A DNA stretch of 64,000 nt from Camelus ferus (Eukaryota), in the NCBI RefSeq assembly GCF_009834535.1, contig NC_045697.1:22570001-22634000 (forward strand), given 5' to 3'. Position numbers and translations under genes: made by a program. Every line of letters begins with the position of its first letter. Positions within the stretch are counted from its first letter, which is position 1. The notes under the pieces were generated by a model. It saw nothing but the letters and a program-made list of their open reading frames with translations. It did no database searches and had not been told where the DNA came from. Below are positions 12,588-25,154 of this stretch, one piece after another.

Positions 12588-13759
12588 AGTCTGCTTTGCT
12601 TGATCTTCCCTATATTACATTAAAAAAAAAAAAAGCATGTGGGGCAAAGATTACCAGTATCTGAATCTGATGCATTAGTCCTTCCTGAGGCAAAGCTGTA
12701 AAGAGGGAGAGGAAATATTAAAATCTGGAGTCAAGCGAATTTTTTGGCTGGTTTCATGTTTAAACATACATTAAAAGTTTCAAACTTAGTGAATTTTTCC
12801 ATCTGGACAAAGAACAAACTTGTAACTCATTATAACAAAACCATTTGCATTTTAATAACAATTTCATCGGTCAAATTTTTTTTTCTTATTATATTAAACT
12901 GTTGATGGGAAATAAATACAGACTGCCCTGAAGGCTTATAAATAAAACTTCAATGTAAGAAAATATTATATTCTTGACAAAGTTTAAATTGTTATTAAAG
13001 AGTTTATAATGCAGGGTCAGGAATTCTGAATTTTGTCCCCTGGGCAAATAATCTTTTCTCTGGCTGAGTGTTTTGTGGACTCTCAGTAACAATGTCACAC
13101 CTGGTTTCATCTAAACAAAATTCTGTGAAGTTGATTTTTTTCAATGGAATCAAGCTCCACAAGAAAAGGTAAAATTAGAATCAAACAAAGGCCATTTGAC
13201 TGTTAAGGGTTATTTCCCTTTCAGTTCTATGGTCTCTCCAGATACTGTCTATTTTCCCAATGACCCAACTTATCTCCCTCCTAGTCCTGCTGGTTGGTTA
13301 ACCTAAGACTTACAATCCACTTCTGAAGTCTACTTCCAACATTTTTGGAGCATTTTCATCTTCTATGTTTTATTTATGCTTTTGTCTTGTCCATTTGAAA
13401 CTAGTTTGGAGTTTAATTGCCATAATTGCAAGGACAGCAATGTTGCTAAAATTGCTTTAGGATAAATGCAGTTATGGAATTACATGTACATTTCCCATAG
13501 AAGCAACAGTAACAGCTCACTTATTAAGTTATACTTCAGTTCCTTTAAATTCCAAAAATCACAAATGCATTTTAAGCTTACTGAAACTTATAAAATGAAT
13601 GACTGGTAGGTTCTACAAGCCAATATGATAATGTCTCAAATCAATGTATCTTAGGCAGAGTTTGTAGTCATAACATTTCCTTAGCAAATTATTGATGAAA
13701 TGTTTTCAATGTTGCCAAAATCTGAAACAAATTTAAAGACTTAATTATAAGATGATATA

Positions 13760-14185
13760 CACAATTATCCATTTTGCCAATCTCTGCCTTTTAAATGTTT
13801 AGTCCATTTACATTACTGATAAATTATAATTTATGTCCTCCATTTTTCTGTTTGTTTTCTTATGTATCTTATATCCCATTGTTCTTCTGTTTCTTCATTA
13901 TCAACATTTTTATGTCAGAGTGATTCTTTCCAGTGTACCATTTTAAAAGCCTCATAGGTTCTCTTCTATTATTTTTTTAAAAATTCTGTTTCTAGTAGTA
14001 GTCCTGGAGATTACAATTAACATCTTAATTTATACAGATTAATTCAGATTAATATTGTTTTGCCTCAATATAGTTTCATTCCCTTACACCACCTTTGTGC
14101 TATTATTGTTACATAAGTCACTTATATGTCATATGCCCATCAACAAAATTTTATAATTATTGTTTTATGCAGATATTTTAAATCT
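13760..14185 (-). mobile_element. Old L1M fragment (inter-ORF / ORF2 start)
   Basis: ccaatctctgccttttaa...tttagtccatttacatt...ggagattacaattaacatctt. Confidence 0.65.
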
Positions 14186-14544
14186 TTCCCTTGGACAGTA
14201 AACTTTAAGATTGGATGGTATCAAAATAATTAGAAATACTATTCTAGAATGGGGTTGCTGTTTGAGATGAGAGAAAGAGACAGAGACAGAGTGAGATACT
14301 GTGGCTATCCCAGGCCTGTGTGTATATTCTTTGGATTGAATTAAAAATGGAAAGATTTTATTCAAAAAACTTATATAGGGCTTTTTAATCACTCTCTTCA
14401 TATTAGCTCACCCATGCTTGTATTTTCCATTTAGTTGCTGTTGTCACGATTTGAGTCCTACTAATATCTGTATCACTGTCGTTGAATGACTTATGATGCA
14501 GTTAATACAAAACTCCTTTAATACATAGATTAGGAAACAATGGG

Positions 14545-14730
14545 TATGGTAAAAAAAATCTTGACTTATGCATTAAGAGGAAAATTCTGGGACTTCCTCC
14601 ATCTCTACTACAGTGTGTAGTGGGTATATCATTTAATGTTTCTTGGCCTCAGCTTTCTCAGTTATTAATGGTAAAGACCAGAGGTTGGACTAGAAGGTGG
14701 TTTGAGTTTGAGTTCTAAATTTCTGTAATT
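14545..14730 (+). mobile_element. MIR fragment
   Basis: tcatttaatgtttcttggcctcagctttctca...gaggttggactaga. Confidence 0.45.
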
Positions 14731-15639
14731 AAAGATATATGTTTTCTTTTCTCTAGAAGCCCTTTTCTTAGCTTTTAGCAGAAATGAGAAAAAAAAAATC
14801 TTTCCCAAATTGTCAAAACTATACTTTTAGGAGGAAACATAATTTCCTTTTCTCATATTTTTATTATATCTTACCTTACAGTATCCCATATTTATTTTAT
14901 TTATGACTGCATGATAGCATCCGTTGTGGCTGAGAAGTACACCAAACCTCATGTATAGTGTGGTCATGCATTTTTAAACAAAGCATCTAGATATGTCCCC
15001 AGTAATCTGTAAATATATTTTCTATGCTTTATTTTAATTATAATCAATTTAGAATTGATTGTGGTCCCTTTTTCTCTCAAAAGTGGCTTTGGAATGCACT
15101 GGGTAAAGGAGATATTTTCCTAAACATGGTCATATTTTTATCAAATGAATATATCACTTAGACCTCTGCAAACCCCCAAATGTTTATATATTCTGCTTTT
15201 AGTTTCTCCTGATAATGTTGAGGTTGAGATGAACTGTAAAATCTGATGTTATTTCTAGGAAGGTCACCTTTAAAGAAGAATGTTCTTTGAGTATGTCTTT
15301 TTCATGTGTTATGTATTTGCTTGTTTCTTTTTTCATACTCAATTTTACTTACAAGTTTATTTTAGAAAAAGCATTCTTCATTTAGTTTAGTTTTCTTCCT
15401 CTCTTTTTTTGTTCTTTAAATTTTAAAAATGGAGAGATTGAGCGAGTTTAATATAGAAGTGTTATAAATTGTTGCTCTCCCTGAATTTCAGACCTGTAAA
15501 ATGAGGAAATGTGAGGAGCAAGGACTACATTCTCTATAAAATCATATGCATCTCTAAAGGGCTTTGCTAACATTATAAAGGTTGAGAATAAGAGCCACAG
15601 AAAATTCTTCTATCAATTTAAAATAATGTACCAGATACC

Positions 15640-15800
15640 ATTGTAAAGTGCTTTGCATATATGAATCCAGAAAACAACCCTATGATTTTTAAAATTTTCA
15701 TAACAACCCAGTAAGGTAGATAAAATTATTATACTCATTCTACAAATGAGAAAACAGGGGCACACGGAGGTTAAATACTTTGCCTAAGATTACACAGTGG
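15640..15800 (-). mobile_element. MIR fragment
   Basis: aacaacccagtaaggtag...cattctacaaatgagaaaacagggcacacggaggttaaatactttgcctaagattacacag. Confidence 0.75.
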
Positions 15801-15911
15801 ACTCATACTTACTGTGGAAGCACATAAACTATAACAATGGCAGAAACTAGGCAAGGAGACAAAATAGAGGCCATTGTCCTTCGTTGACTTGCATTGCTAT
15901 GTTTCTTTCTT

Positions 15912-16062
15912 TTTTTTAATTTTCTTTTTTTTGAGGTATAATTAACATATAACATTATATTGGTTTTAAGTGTACAACATAATGATTCAATATTTGTATA
16001 CAGTGTGACATGATCCCCTCAGTAAGTCAGGTTACCATCCGTCACCATGCATAGTTAACTTT
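15912..16062 (-). mobile_element. Short L1 (L1MA9-like) 3' end
   Basis: Poly(T), then gaggtataattaacatataacattat...gtgtacaacataatgattc; probable TSD tgtttctttctt at 15900-15911 and 16069-16080. Confidence 0.8.
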
Positions 16063-16878
16063 CAGGATTGTTTCTTTCTTGCTGCTTTGGTTCTTCAGGA
16101 AAATTAACTTCCCATCCTATTTGAGTATAAAATCAGGCTGATCTCCACGCTCTGGCTGCAGTACCAGGATCTTGTCCCTGCGCTCCATCTTAGCTGATGT
16201 TTTAAAGCAAATATGTAAAGTGAAAAAATCTGACTCTGCACTCCCATCCATTTTCAACATTTTTAGTTTGCCAGTTCTCCATTCATTTGGGTATCACTGG
16301 AGGCATAAGTAAACTTACAGTATTTTGATGTATTCCACAAATTTTCACATGACTGAGTTCATTTGATACAAAAAATTCTCCCTTGTTTTCCTTCTACTAG
16401 TTCCATATAGTGCCTCATTTCTTCCTCTACATGTAGTACTTGCTGCCGAATTTAGGCAAATATCTACATATGGTTTCTATTGGGTGAGAAAAAGAAAAGT
16501 GTGAAAATGCTTCAGGCAAATAGTAGAATTAATTTGATAGGACAGGCAGACCAATTATCAGGGCATAATAATATATACACATACACTTTCTTTTTTCCCA
16601 GTGGGGAAAACCAAGGTAGCAAGTTGCAAGATAACTGGTCCTCAGGAAATCTTTGTCTATCAGAGTAAATGATGGAAGAAGAAACCATTGATGTCTTTAT
16701 TGTTTAGTTGTTCCATGAAACAAAATCTGTAAACTGCTTTATTAACGTTTTCTTTGGTTAGTTTACACACGTACTTTTTGAGGTAAGGTAGTTTCCTAAC
16801 TTCATTTAAAGATAGTAAATCAGACACAACTAAACCACAGTATCCCATTTTTTAAGAAGACCTAGAACACACTTCAAT

Positions 16879-16901
16879 ACACACACACACACACACACAC
16901 A
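16879..16901. repeat. (CA)n microsatellite
   Basis: Seen directly. Confidence 0.9.
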
Positions 16902-17064
16902 TATGTATATATATACATTTTTTGTTATGACTCCTAGTTCACTCCAAAACCTTTTACTCTTTCTGAAATAGCATTGCAATTTGAGCCATGAGATGGAGGT
17001 TTGGTGGCTCTATTGTGAATGTTGTAACTATCCAATATTATTTGTACATATTTAGCCATTAATT

Positions 17065-18350
17065 AATTAGAAACATGCATTGAGTATACGTTTTATGTCA
17101 GGCATTGTCCTGGAACTCTATGATTAAAAAAAATCAGTCAAAGTCCCATCTTCATGGATCTTACATGAGGAAAACAAAGCAATGTTTTGGATAGATAAAA
17201 TTTCAAATTAATTTAAGATTTCAACTGTGGTTAGTGCACTAAGGAAGACAGAAATCCAGTGCTATTAGAATCTACAAAATTTAACCTAGCCAGAGGTATC
17301 TGAGGAATCTGAAAGGGGATGGAAGGTAGGAGGGTGAAGGCAACAGTATGATCAAAGAGCCTACTTGAGAAGAGGAAAAATAAGCAGAGATTTGAATAAG
17401 AGTGGAGGAGAGCTGTGTGATTATCTGGGAATAGAGTATTTCTGATGGAAGAAGAAACAATCCCTTTGAAGTATCCTGGGTACTTGGCAGGACTGAGAAA
17501 TAGAAGGAGGTCAGCGTGTGTGACAGAGAAGAGCATTGTGACAAAGACTCTCACTGATCAAACTCTAGCCGGATTCCTCTGAGCCATCTTCTTTACAGTC
17601 CTTAACCGTGACCTATAAAGACTGGAACAAATACCAACGTAGTTTCTGACAGCTCAAAGCCCCACCCCTAGGATGACCCTAGTCTCCCTGAGAAAACTCA
17701 AGGCTGCCAGAAGCATTTCCTGTTTGTCCTAGCCAACAGCTGATGACAGGTGGCAGAGTGGGAGCCTGACTTTGATAAGTGCCAGTGAGCAAACCCAGGT
17801 GGGTTTTATATGCACTCCCTTTCTCACTTTTGGTAATTTTTAACTTCCCTGATTCTACTCAAGTGTCACCATTGTCCCTCCCTACTCCCTCATTCTCCTC
17901 TTAAAATGCTCAGTCACCTCTGCACACATCTGAATGGGACTCACTCAGCTCTTTGTCTATTGTCAGTAGCTAACTGAATCAATCCGTTTTTACCACTTTA
18001 AAGATAAACTAATGTTTATTTTTGCTAGCAAGATGACGTAAGTCAGAGATGGTAGATGGGAGCCTGGTCACACTGAGCCTTGTAATTAATGATAAAAACT
18101 CAGGATTTTATTGGAGTAAGGTGGGAATCTATGAGAGGATTTGAGCTGAGAAGAGGAATAATAAGACATTTTCAAAGAAACACCTGCAGAAGGGCAAGGG
18201 AAAAGCGGGGAGGCCAGGTAGGAGGCTGTTTCAGTAGTCCCAGCAAGAGATGATGGTGGGTTGGTCTAAGCCAGGGGTGGTGAAAATGTGAAATGAAACA
18301 TTTTGGATATATTTGAACACAGTGCTGATTGGATGTGCTAATGCACCATG
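17065..18350 (-). mobile_element. L2 LINE fragment split by an LTR
   Basis: aaacatgcattgagta...tgtcaggcattgtcctgg; resumes after 18030 (ggaggctgtttcagtagtcccagcaagagatgatggtgg). Confidence 0.7.
17539..18028 (+). mobile_element. MER67/MER31-like ERV1 LTR
   Basis: tgacaaagactctc...tgatcaaactctagcc, ctgagaaaactcaaggctgcc, cagtcacctctgcaca. Confidence 0.75.
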
Positions 18351-19299
18351 GGAGTTAGATTTTTAATATGTAAGGATTATTTATACACATAAGGAAAAGT
18401 AAAATATGATTTTACATTCTGTTCAAATATCTGTGTCAAATTTATAAATGATAATGCTGTCTTTCCAAAACAACTATTCCGTGGAAGAAAAGATATCATT
18501 AACTAATTAGCAAAATCAAATATATGGTATACATTTCCCACTTGAATTTTTCCAGATCATTCAAAAGTGGTTAGTGATGAAGACAGATAAGTTCAGTGGA
18601 CTAATTAGCAGATAAAGGAAGGACAATATCGTTGAGGGGTCTCTTATATAAGACGTCCTATTCTGTTCTCAAAGAAACACTTGCCATTTTCTCCCAGACA
18701 TTAATAAAAATATAAATAGACAATTTGTTTCCAGAAAATACCTTTATATGAAAACAAATTCAACAAGCCAGTTGTATTATCAACTGGGATTTAAGTTTCT
18801 AGTTTGGAAGTTACAGCTATAGAAAGTAGACCAAATAAGTAGGGTGATGGGACTTTTTTAAGAGACATTTATACCAAAAATCTCTACTTTAATTATTTGT
18901 AGTAAGTGTCATAAGCTTCATCCTAAATTTTATTAAGTATCAAATGCTTATGATCCTTTTCCAGGCACTCTGAAAAATTATGCATTTTCTTTCATCGGTC
19001 CACCCATTCGGTACTATCCAATGACCATGAAGATTTGCTTAATGTATTTTTCATCTTTGCAGTGGAAAAGGCATATATCTGAAACTTAAATAGGAAGTGG
19101 TTTGAAATAGCATGCTCTATTTATATTTGAATAATTGAAAAACTATTATTTTTATAATGAAAAATACAGAAGGGAAATGTCAAAAATGTGTTTTAAATGC
19201 TTAATTGAAAGTCTAGGAATTCATACTAAGAAAGATTCTTCAAGGAAGTTAAAGTGCAGGAGTGTGTGATTTTTATGCTTATCCAAAAAGCAGAGACTT

Positions 19300-19500
19300 T
19301 TAAGGATTTGATTTACTTGACAGATAGACCTGAGTTGGAATCCTGCTTCTGTCATTTATAAGTTGGTCACATTAAGCATGACATGTAATTTCTCTGAACC
19401 TCGGTTTTCTCAGCTCTGAAATGAGGTTAATGATTTAATTGCATGAGATTCTTGTAAGAATTTAATGTGATAACACAATAGAGTGCTTTCCAAATTTCAC
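19300..19500 (+). mobile_element. MIR SINE
   Basis: agacctgagttggaatcctgcttctgtcattta...tctctgaacctcggttttctca...gaaatgagg. Confidence 0.75.
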
Positions 19501-19989
19501 TGAAATGGTATAACTCTGTAAATATGCAGATTTTTTTTGACTTAAGGCAGTTCACTGTCTAGTATGTTTAACAAGAAAATAAATAGATTAGTTTCTCTAA
19601 CAGATGCATTACTGCAGCTAATCTGATTTTTGCTTACTTTAAAATCAGCCCTCCATCGCCTTTTCACGATAGATACAAAACTCAGTAAAAACAACATCAA
19701 GAAAAAGGTAAAAGCTACAAATTGATGTATACATGTACCCAAAGCTTATTCTTCTATTGGGTTTCAGGCCCTGGGCTTGTTGCTAGAGAGACAATATATA
19801 GAGATAAAATATACTTTCTCCGTAACTATTAAGAATAGTTTTGGAAGAACATTTGTGGCAGCACAGCGCTATTTCTTTGTATGACTTGTGCCCTTCTATA
19901 TGTTTCTTTAAAGTGCTGTCCAGGAGCAGTAGGGAAAATTAACAGTATTTTGAAGGGCTTATCGGTATTCCTAAACCATATTTATCAGG

Positions 19990-21190
19990 TTTTTTCCTGT
20001 TGTTGAATTTTAAGGGTTCTTTGTATATTTTGGATAACAGTCCTCTATCATATGTGTCTTCTGTAAATATTTTTTCCAGTCTGTGGCTTATTGCCTCCTT
20101 TTTTGACATTATCTTACACAGAGCAGAAGTTGTTTTTTGGGTTTTTTAGTTTGTTTGTTTTTTGAACGAAGTCCAGCTCATCAGTTGTTACTCTCACGGA
20201 CTATGCCATTGGTGTTATTCCCAAAATTCATCACCAGACCAAGTTAATGTAGATTTTCTCCTATGTTATATTCTAGGAGTCTTATTATTTTGAAATATAC
20301 ATTTAGGACTATGATCCACTTTGAATTAATTTTTGTGAAGGATATAAGGTCTGTGTCTAGATTTTGTTTTTTGCATGTGGATGTCCAGTTATTCCAGCAC
20401 CATGTATTGAAGAGATTATCTTTAGTCCATTGTGTTATCTTTACTCCTTTGTCAAAGATCAGTTGATAATTTGTATGGATCTGTTTCTGGGCTCTCTGTT
20501 CTTTCCTCTTAATCTCTTTTACCCGTATTACCTTGTCTTGATTATTGTAGTTTTACAGTAATTCTCAAAGTTAGGTAGCATCAGTCCTCCAATTTTGTTT
20601 TCCTTCAATACTGTGTTGATTATTCTGGGTCTTTTGCCTCTCCACATAAATTTTGAATAAGCTTTTCAGTATCCACAAAATAACTTGCTGGGATTCTGTT
20701 TGGAATTGCACTGAATCTATGAAATTTGGAAGAATGGACATCTTGACAATATTGAGTCTTCCTCTCCTTAAACATGGAATATTTCTCCATTGATTTAGTT
20801 CTTTTTTGATTTTGTTCACTGGTTTTATATTTTTCCTCATAAAGATCTTGTACATATTTTGTTTGATTTATATCTAAGTATTTCAATTTTTGGGTCACTA
20901 ATGTAATGGCATTGTGTTTTTATCTTCAAATCTATTTGTTTATTGTTGATATATAGGAGAGTGAGTGAGTTTGATATACTAAACTTGGGTCTTGCATGCT
21001 TGCTATGTTTATTAGCTCTAGGAGTTTTTTGGTTGATTTTTTGGGGTTTTCTTTATAGACAATCCATTATCTGTGAGCAGAGACAGCTTTATGTCTTCTT
21101 TCTTAATTTATATACTCTTTATCTTCTTTTGTCTTAGTGCATTAGCCCAAACTTCCAGTGCTATGTTGATCAAGAGTGGTGAGAGGGGAG
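19990..21190 (-). mobile_element. L1MB-like ORF2 fragment
   Basis: Antisense ORF2; track ORFs 20571-20898 give L1 ORF2-like peptides (KIKKELNQWRNIPC..GRLNIVKMSILP; KLKYLDIN.TKYVQDLYEEKYKT). Confidence 0.9.
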
Positions 21191-21321
21191 TGACAATAGC
21201 TTTTTCATTGTGAAATTCAGTGTACTGCGTGCCATCTGTGATATTCATCTCGAGTCTCTAGTAGTTCATGACCTATAATTTAGTGAACACTGGCATGGGG
21301 GAGGGATCTGCAGTTAAATAG

Positions 21322-21455
21322 TGCTACGGCCTAGATGTTTTTGTCAATGCAAAATTCATATGATGAAATCCTAACTCCCAAGGTGATTGTACTAGGAGGT
21401 GGGGCCTTTGAGAGGTGGTTGGGCTTAATACCCTTTAGAAAGAGGCTCAGAGGGC
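21322..21455 (+). mobile_element. MLT1A-like MaLR LTR 5' fragment
   Basis: tgctacgg...aaaattcatatgatgaaatcctaactcccaaggtgattgtactaggaggtggggcctttgagaggtg. Confidence 0.8.
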
Positions 21456-22297
21456 AGATGCTCAGGTCAATGGCATATAGTACAGTGAACACAGTTAGTC
21501 CTCCTATCTGCCGGATATGAAGGGACAACTATACACATTTGTATTACATTAAAGTAAAAGGTATAGAAAACCAAGTCATTATTGCTAGGCAAAGGCAGTA
21601 GTTAACATTTCAGACAGGAGATTTTAACTTACTTATTTGTAGAATTTTTAGATGCATCCCAGGTGTAATCTGCATCCATATCACAAAATTTACCAAGACA
21701 GAAAGTCATTTGGGACAAAAAATAATCTGGGGATTATAAGAGTATGAATTTGATTGTTAAGAAAGTCCAAAGGGATATCAAATTGGAAGGCACTAGGACT
21801 TGTAAAATTACTTAGTGCATTTCCTATCCTTGCAGACCTTTCCCAAACCTGAGATGATCTTCATCATGTAGGATATTGTTTGAAGATAAAGAAATTCAGA
21901 ATTCAGTATGTAGTTTGTGGGGTCATAATTACATGTGCATTTAAATGTAAGTGTTCCAGTTTGAACTAAACTGATACTTTCATATCAATGTAGATGTGTT
22001 AGAGGAACATCTAGTGGACTGTTGTTGTCTGGTTGAGATGCACGTGTCAGGTGTGAATGTGAAGAGTGCAGTGGGTAAGATAGTGGTTCAGTTATGAGTG
22101 TCTTATTAGGTGAAAGTGTATCCACAAAACTTTTCCAGGAAGAACAGAGAATCTGAGAAACAACTAGTCTTAAGGAGACAGAGATATATTCCAAATACAA
22201 TGACTCCATACTGAAAGGGCAAAAGCAATTCCAAATACATATGGTATCCATTACTCACCTGTGTTCTACTGCCATGGAAGCTGCTTCAATAAACATA

Positions 22298-22518
22298 CAG
22301 TTGAGCCTTGAACAACGAGGGAGGAAGGGCTAAGGGCACCAACCCTCTGCATAGCCAAAAATCTGTGTATAATATATAGTTGGCCCTCCCTCTACATGGG
22401 TCTTCAGCATCCTTGGATTCAACCAACTGCACAGCAGTACTATAGTATTTACTATTAAAAAAATCCTCACATAAGTGAACCTGTGTAGTTCAAACCCGTG
22501 TTGTTTAAAGGTCAACTG
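22298..22518. mobile_element. Tigger2-derived non-autonomous DNA transposon (Tigger2a_Art-like)
   Basis: TIRs cagttgagccttgaacaac / gttgtttaaaggtcaactg; TA TSDs at 22296-22297 and 22519-22520. Confidence 0.9.
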
Positions 22519-22684
22519 TACATTAAATTTATAAATAAATGGGCACAATTTAAAATGGACATAGTTACACAGAGCATGATAATTGTGAAACACTAGAATA
22601 TTTAACAGTACTCCCACTTTTGTTTGGAACCCAGGATGGCTTAGTCCACAAAACCACATTATTTGCCCAATGCTCCAATGCAAT

Positions 22685-22820
22685 GACTCAATAAAACTAT
22701 GCTATTATAGTCTCCATTTTAAATAGGAAACACCTGTGAAATATATAGAGAGTGCATGAATTGTCCAAAGTTAATGACAGAGCTGGGTTTTTGCCCTGTG
22801 TTGAGTTTGACGCCAAAACA
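22685..22820 (-). mobile_element. MIR fragment
   Basis: tctccattttaaataggaaac...gtccaaag...gacagagctggg. Confidence 0.5.
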
Positions 22821-24425
22821 CCCAATATACTGAGCATAACTCCAGTTTATCAGTCCATGTGCACAGTTATGATCAGATATGATAAGAATATTCATTAGTT
22901 AACAACTGCTTTAAGATCAGAGGAAGGCACTTCCAACAGAACAGGCATTTATAAGAGGATACAGTTCTTGTCCCAAATATCAGCAACTGGCTCTTTAATA
23001 CTATCATCTTAGTGACAACCTTGGAATATTTTTGTATCTTTATGGGTAATGAGAGGCTTTGTAGTTGGTGAAAACAAAGACTAGGTGATCAGAAGCACCA
23101 GTAAGACAGCCCTGAGGACTCCTAGAAATAATAAAGTTTGAAGAAGCCCAGAACTGGTATCATTCCACATCACATAATTTCATAGGAGAGAAAAGTCTTT
23201 ATTTCCAAAAATGTGTTATTTGGCCCAAATGTGTTGTTTTTTTTTTTTTTTGAGAAAAATTCTAGATGAAACTAACCTGGCTGCATTACTATAGCTCATA
23301 CAAGGTTAAATCACTCCTGGTTAGATAACATTTTTGGATTCTGGAAGTAATGATGATTGATGCACATAGTGAAACAGAGGTTCTCAGAGTTCTGACTGAT
23401 GTTCTCCTTGGCTTGCAGGCAGCCAGCAGGCATAGGTAGCAGTCTCCTACATCTCAGTGTCCCCATCCTATGACTGTAACCCAGTACCTTTCTCAGGACC
23501 TCCTTTCGCTCAGCCTCTCAAATTCAAAATAGGAAAATTCATGTATTGTGATGAAATGAGAACCATCAAAGGAAGGATGATTTTACGTATTTCTAGAACT
23601 ACTCTCTCGCTTTTAGATAACAGAAAAACCTCTTCTTTTGTCTCACATTTGCTGCCTTGATTTCCCTATGGACAGACATAAAATTTAGAAGATATTTTTG
23701 ATTGTATTATTTATAACTTAGAAAAATAAACCCTTAAGGTACATTTACTTCCCCTTGTAAATAAATGCATTCACAATTTGGAAAAAAAATTCTAGCATAG
23801 TAAACACAATGCAAAAATTTAAAATGTGATATATATATATAAAATGTGATATATATTTTTCTATCCCCGAAGACCCCTAGTAGATGTGACAAGACATGCA
23901 TTTTTTTTTTTGACTTAAAGACTTGTGTTCTCTATTTTGGCCTCACAGCGCACTTAACGCAGCAGGACCTCAGGGGAAAAAAAAAAAAAGAGCGCAATTG
24001 AAGTTCATGATTTTCCAGGTTCACTGGCACTTAAAAATCTAAGGAACAGACAGGCAAAGCTCACAGCTTGGTATTTCAGACATACAACTTTCAAAGGGGT
24101 AGGGCTTTATTTAATTAGCAACTGCCTTCCCTGAGCTGCAGTGACATTCTGCTGAGCTTTTAAACAGGAGTGTGAAGTCAGAGCTGCCATCACAGATGAA
24201 GCCAAACGTGACTTTCCATTCCAGTTTTAGCAAAGTTTCTCCATCAGGACCGTTGCCTGGTCCTCTTATGTCTACATGTCCTCACATTTGTCATATCACA
24301 TTGAAATATTAACGTATTCTACAAAAATAAATCTTTGTTTCACTGTGTTGGTAATTCTATTAGCTTGCTAGAATCATGATTTTATTCTTGCTCATTTCTG
24401 TCCATATCTCTTTGTCATTTAACAG

Positions 24426-24620
24426 CCGTTCAGTTGTGTCCGGCCTAGTTTGGAGGGTGCTCAATCTCTGTCTCATTACGCAGGTTCACCACCACTGGGG
24501 GCCTGCTTGATGCTGGCGTAGACCGAGGAGATAAATATCTCAAACCCACAAAACAAACCAGAGACCCAACACTTCAGTGGAGAGGAGCTCGTTTAATATT
24601 TGCTGAAAAATGAAATAACG
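24426..24620 (+). other. Candidate non-coding (UTR or lncRNA) exon, 195 bp
   Basis: Pyrimidine tract plus ttaacAG acceptor; ACG|GTAAGT donor; stop codons in all three frames; splice motifs are the only support. Confidence 0.35.
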
Positions 24621-24659
24621 GTAAGTAGAACATAACAGTGAGTTCTTCTGTAAGAAAGG

Positions 24660-24860
24660 GAAAGCTGCTTAGCATTTGTTAGATCTGCCAGGCATTGTGC
24701 TGGACGTCGTTTATGCATTGTTCCATTTAATTCTGATAACAACCCACTGTGGTAAGGTTGAGCAAACCAATCTGAAAGTTTCCTGGCTCAGAAATTATGC
24801 ACAGTGGAATACAGGCAGCTTGCTCATAAATTCACTTCTGTATGGTTGATGCTTGAGATT
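24660..24860 (-). mobile_element. MIR fragment
   Basis: tgccaggcattgtgctgg...catttaattctgataacaacccactgtggtaag. Confidence 0.6.
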
Positions 24861-25154
24861 TGGATGTTGCGTCTGCTTTTTTTTTTTTCCTTTATTGCAG
24901 GACAGTCCTTCTATCGCATGATGTTACTGGTTAAATCTGCTTGGGGTGGGTTGTGCCATGTACAGGGGTGTTTTTCAGCATGGGCAGAGGGATGTCATGG
25001 TCCTTGGGAGCCCTTTGTCTGAGGGAGGTGGTAGACATTTTGGAGGTGGTGGCGTTAAGCTTCAAAATTAAGAAACAAATTATGAATTAGCTAATGATAG
25101 AATTGTTCTTTAGTAAATGCTTGCTTACTTGTAAAATGTGAATTTTAAAAGCAG

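Noticed and set aside
19542..19742. Hydrophobic 66-aa ORF resembling a membrane micropeptide
   Set aside because: Non-ATG start; hydrophobicity follows from T-rich composition
22253..22283. Perfect minus-strand donor CAG|GTGAGT with a nearby ATG in good context
   Set aside because: Acceptor is weak and abuts a Tigger insertion; no partner exons; isolated donors are common by chance
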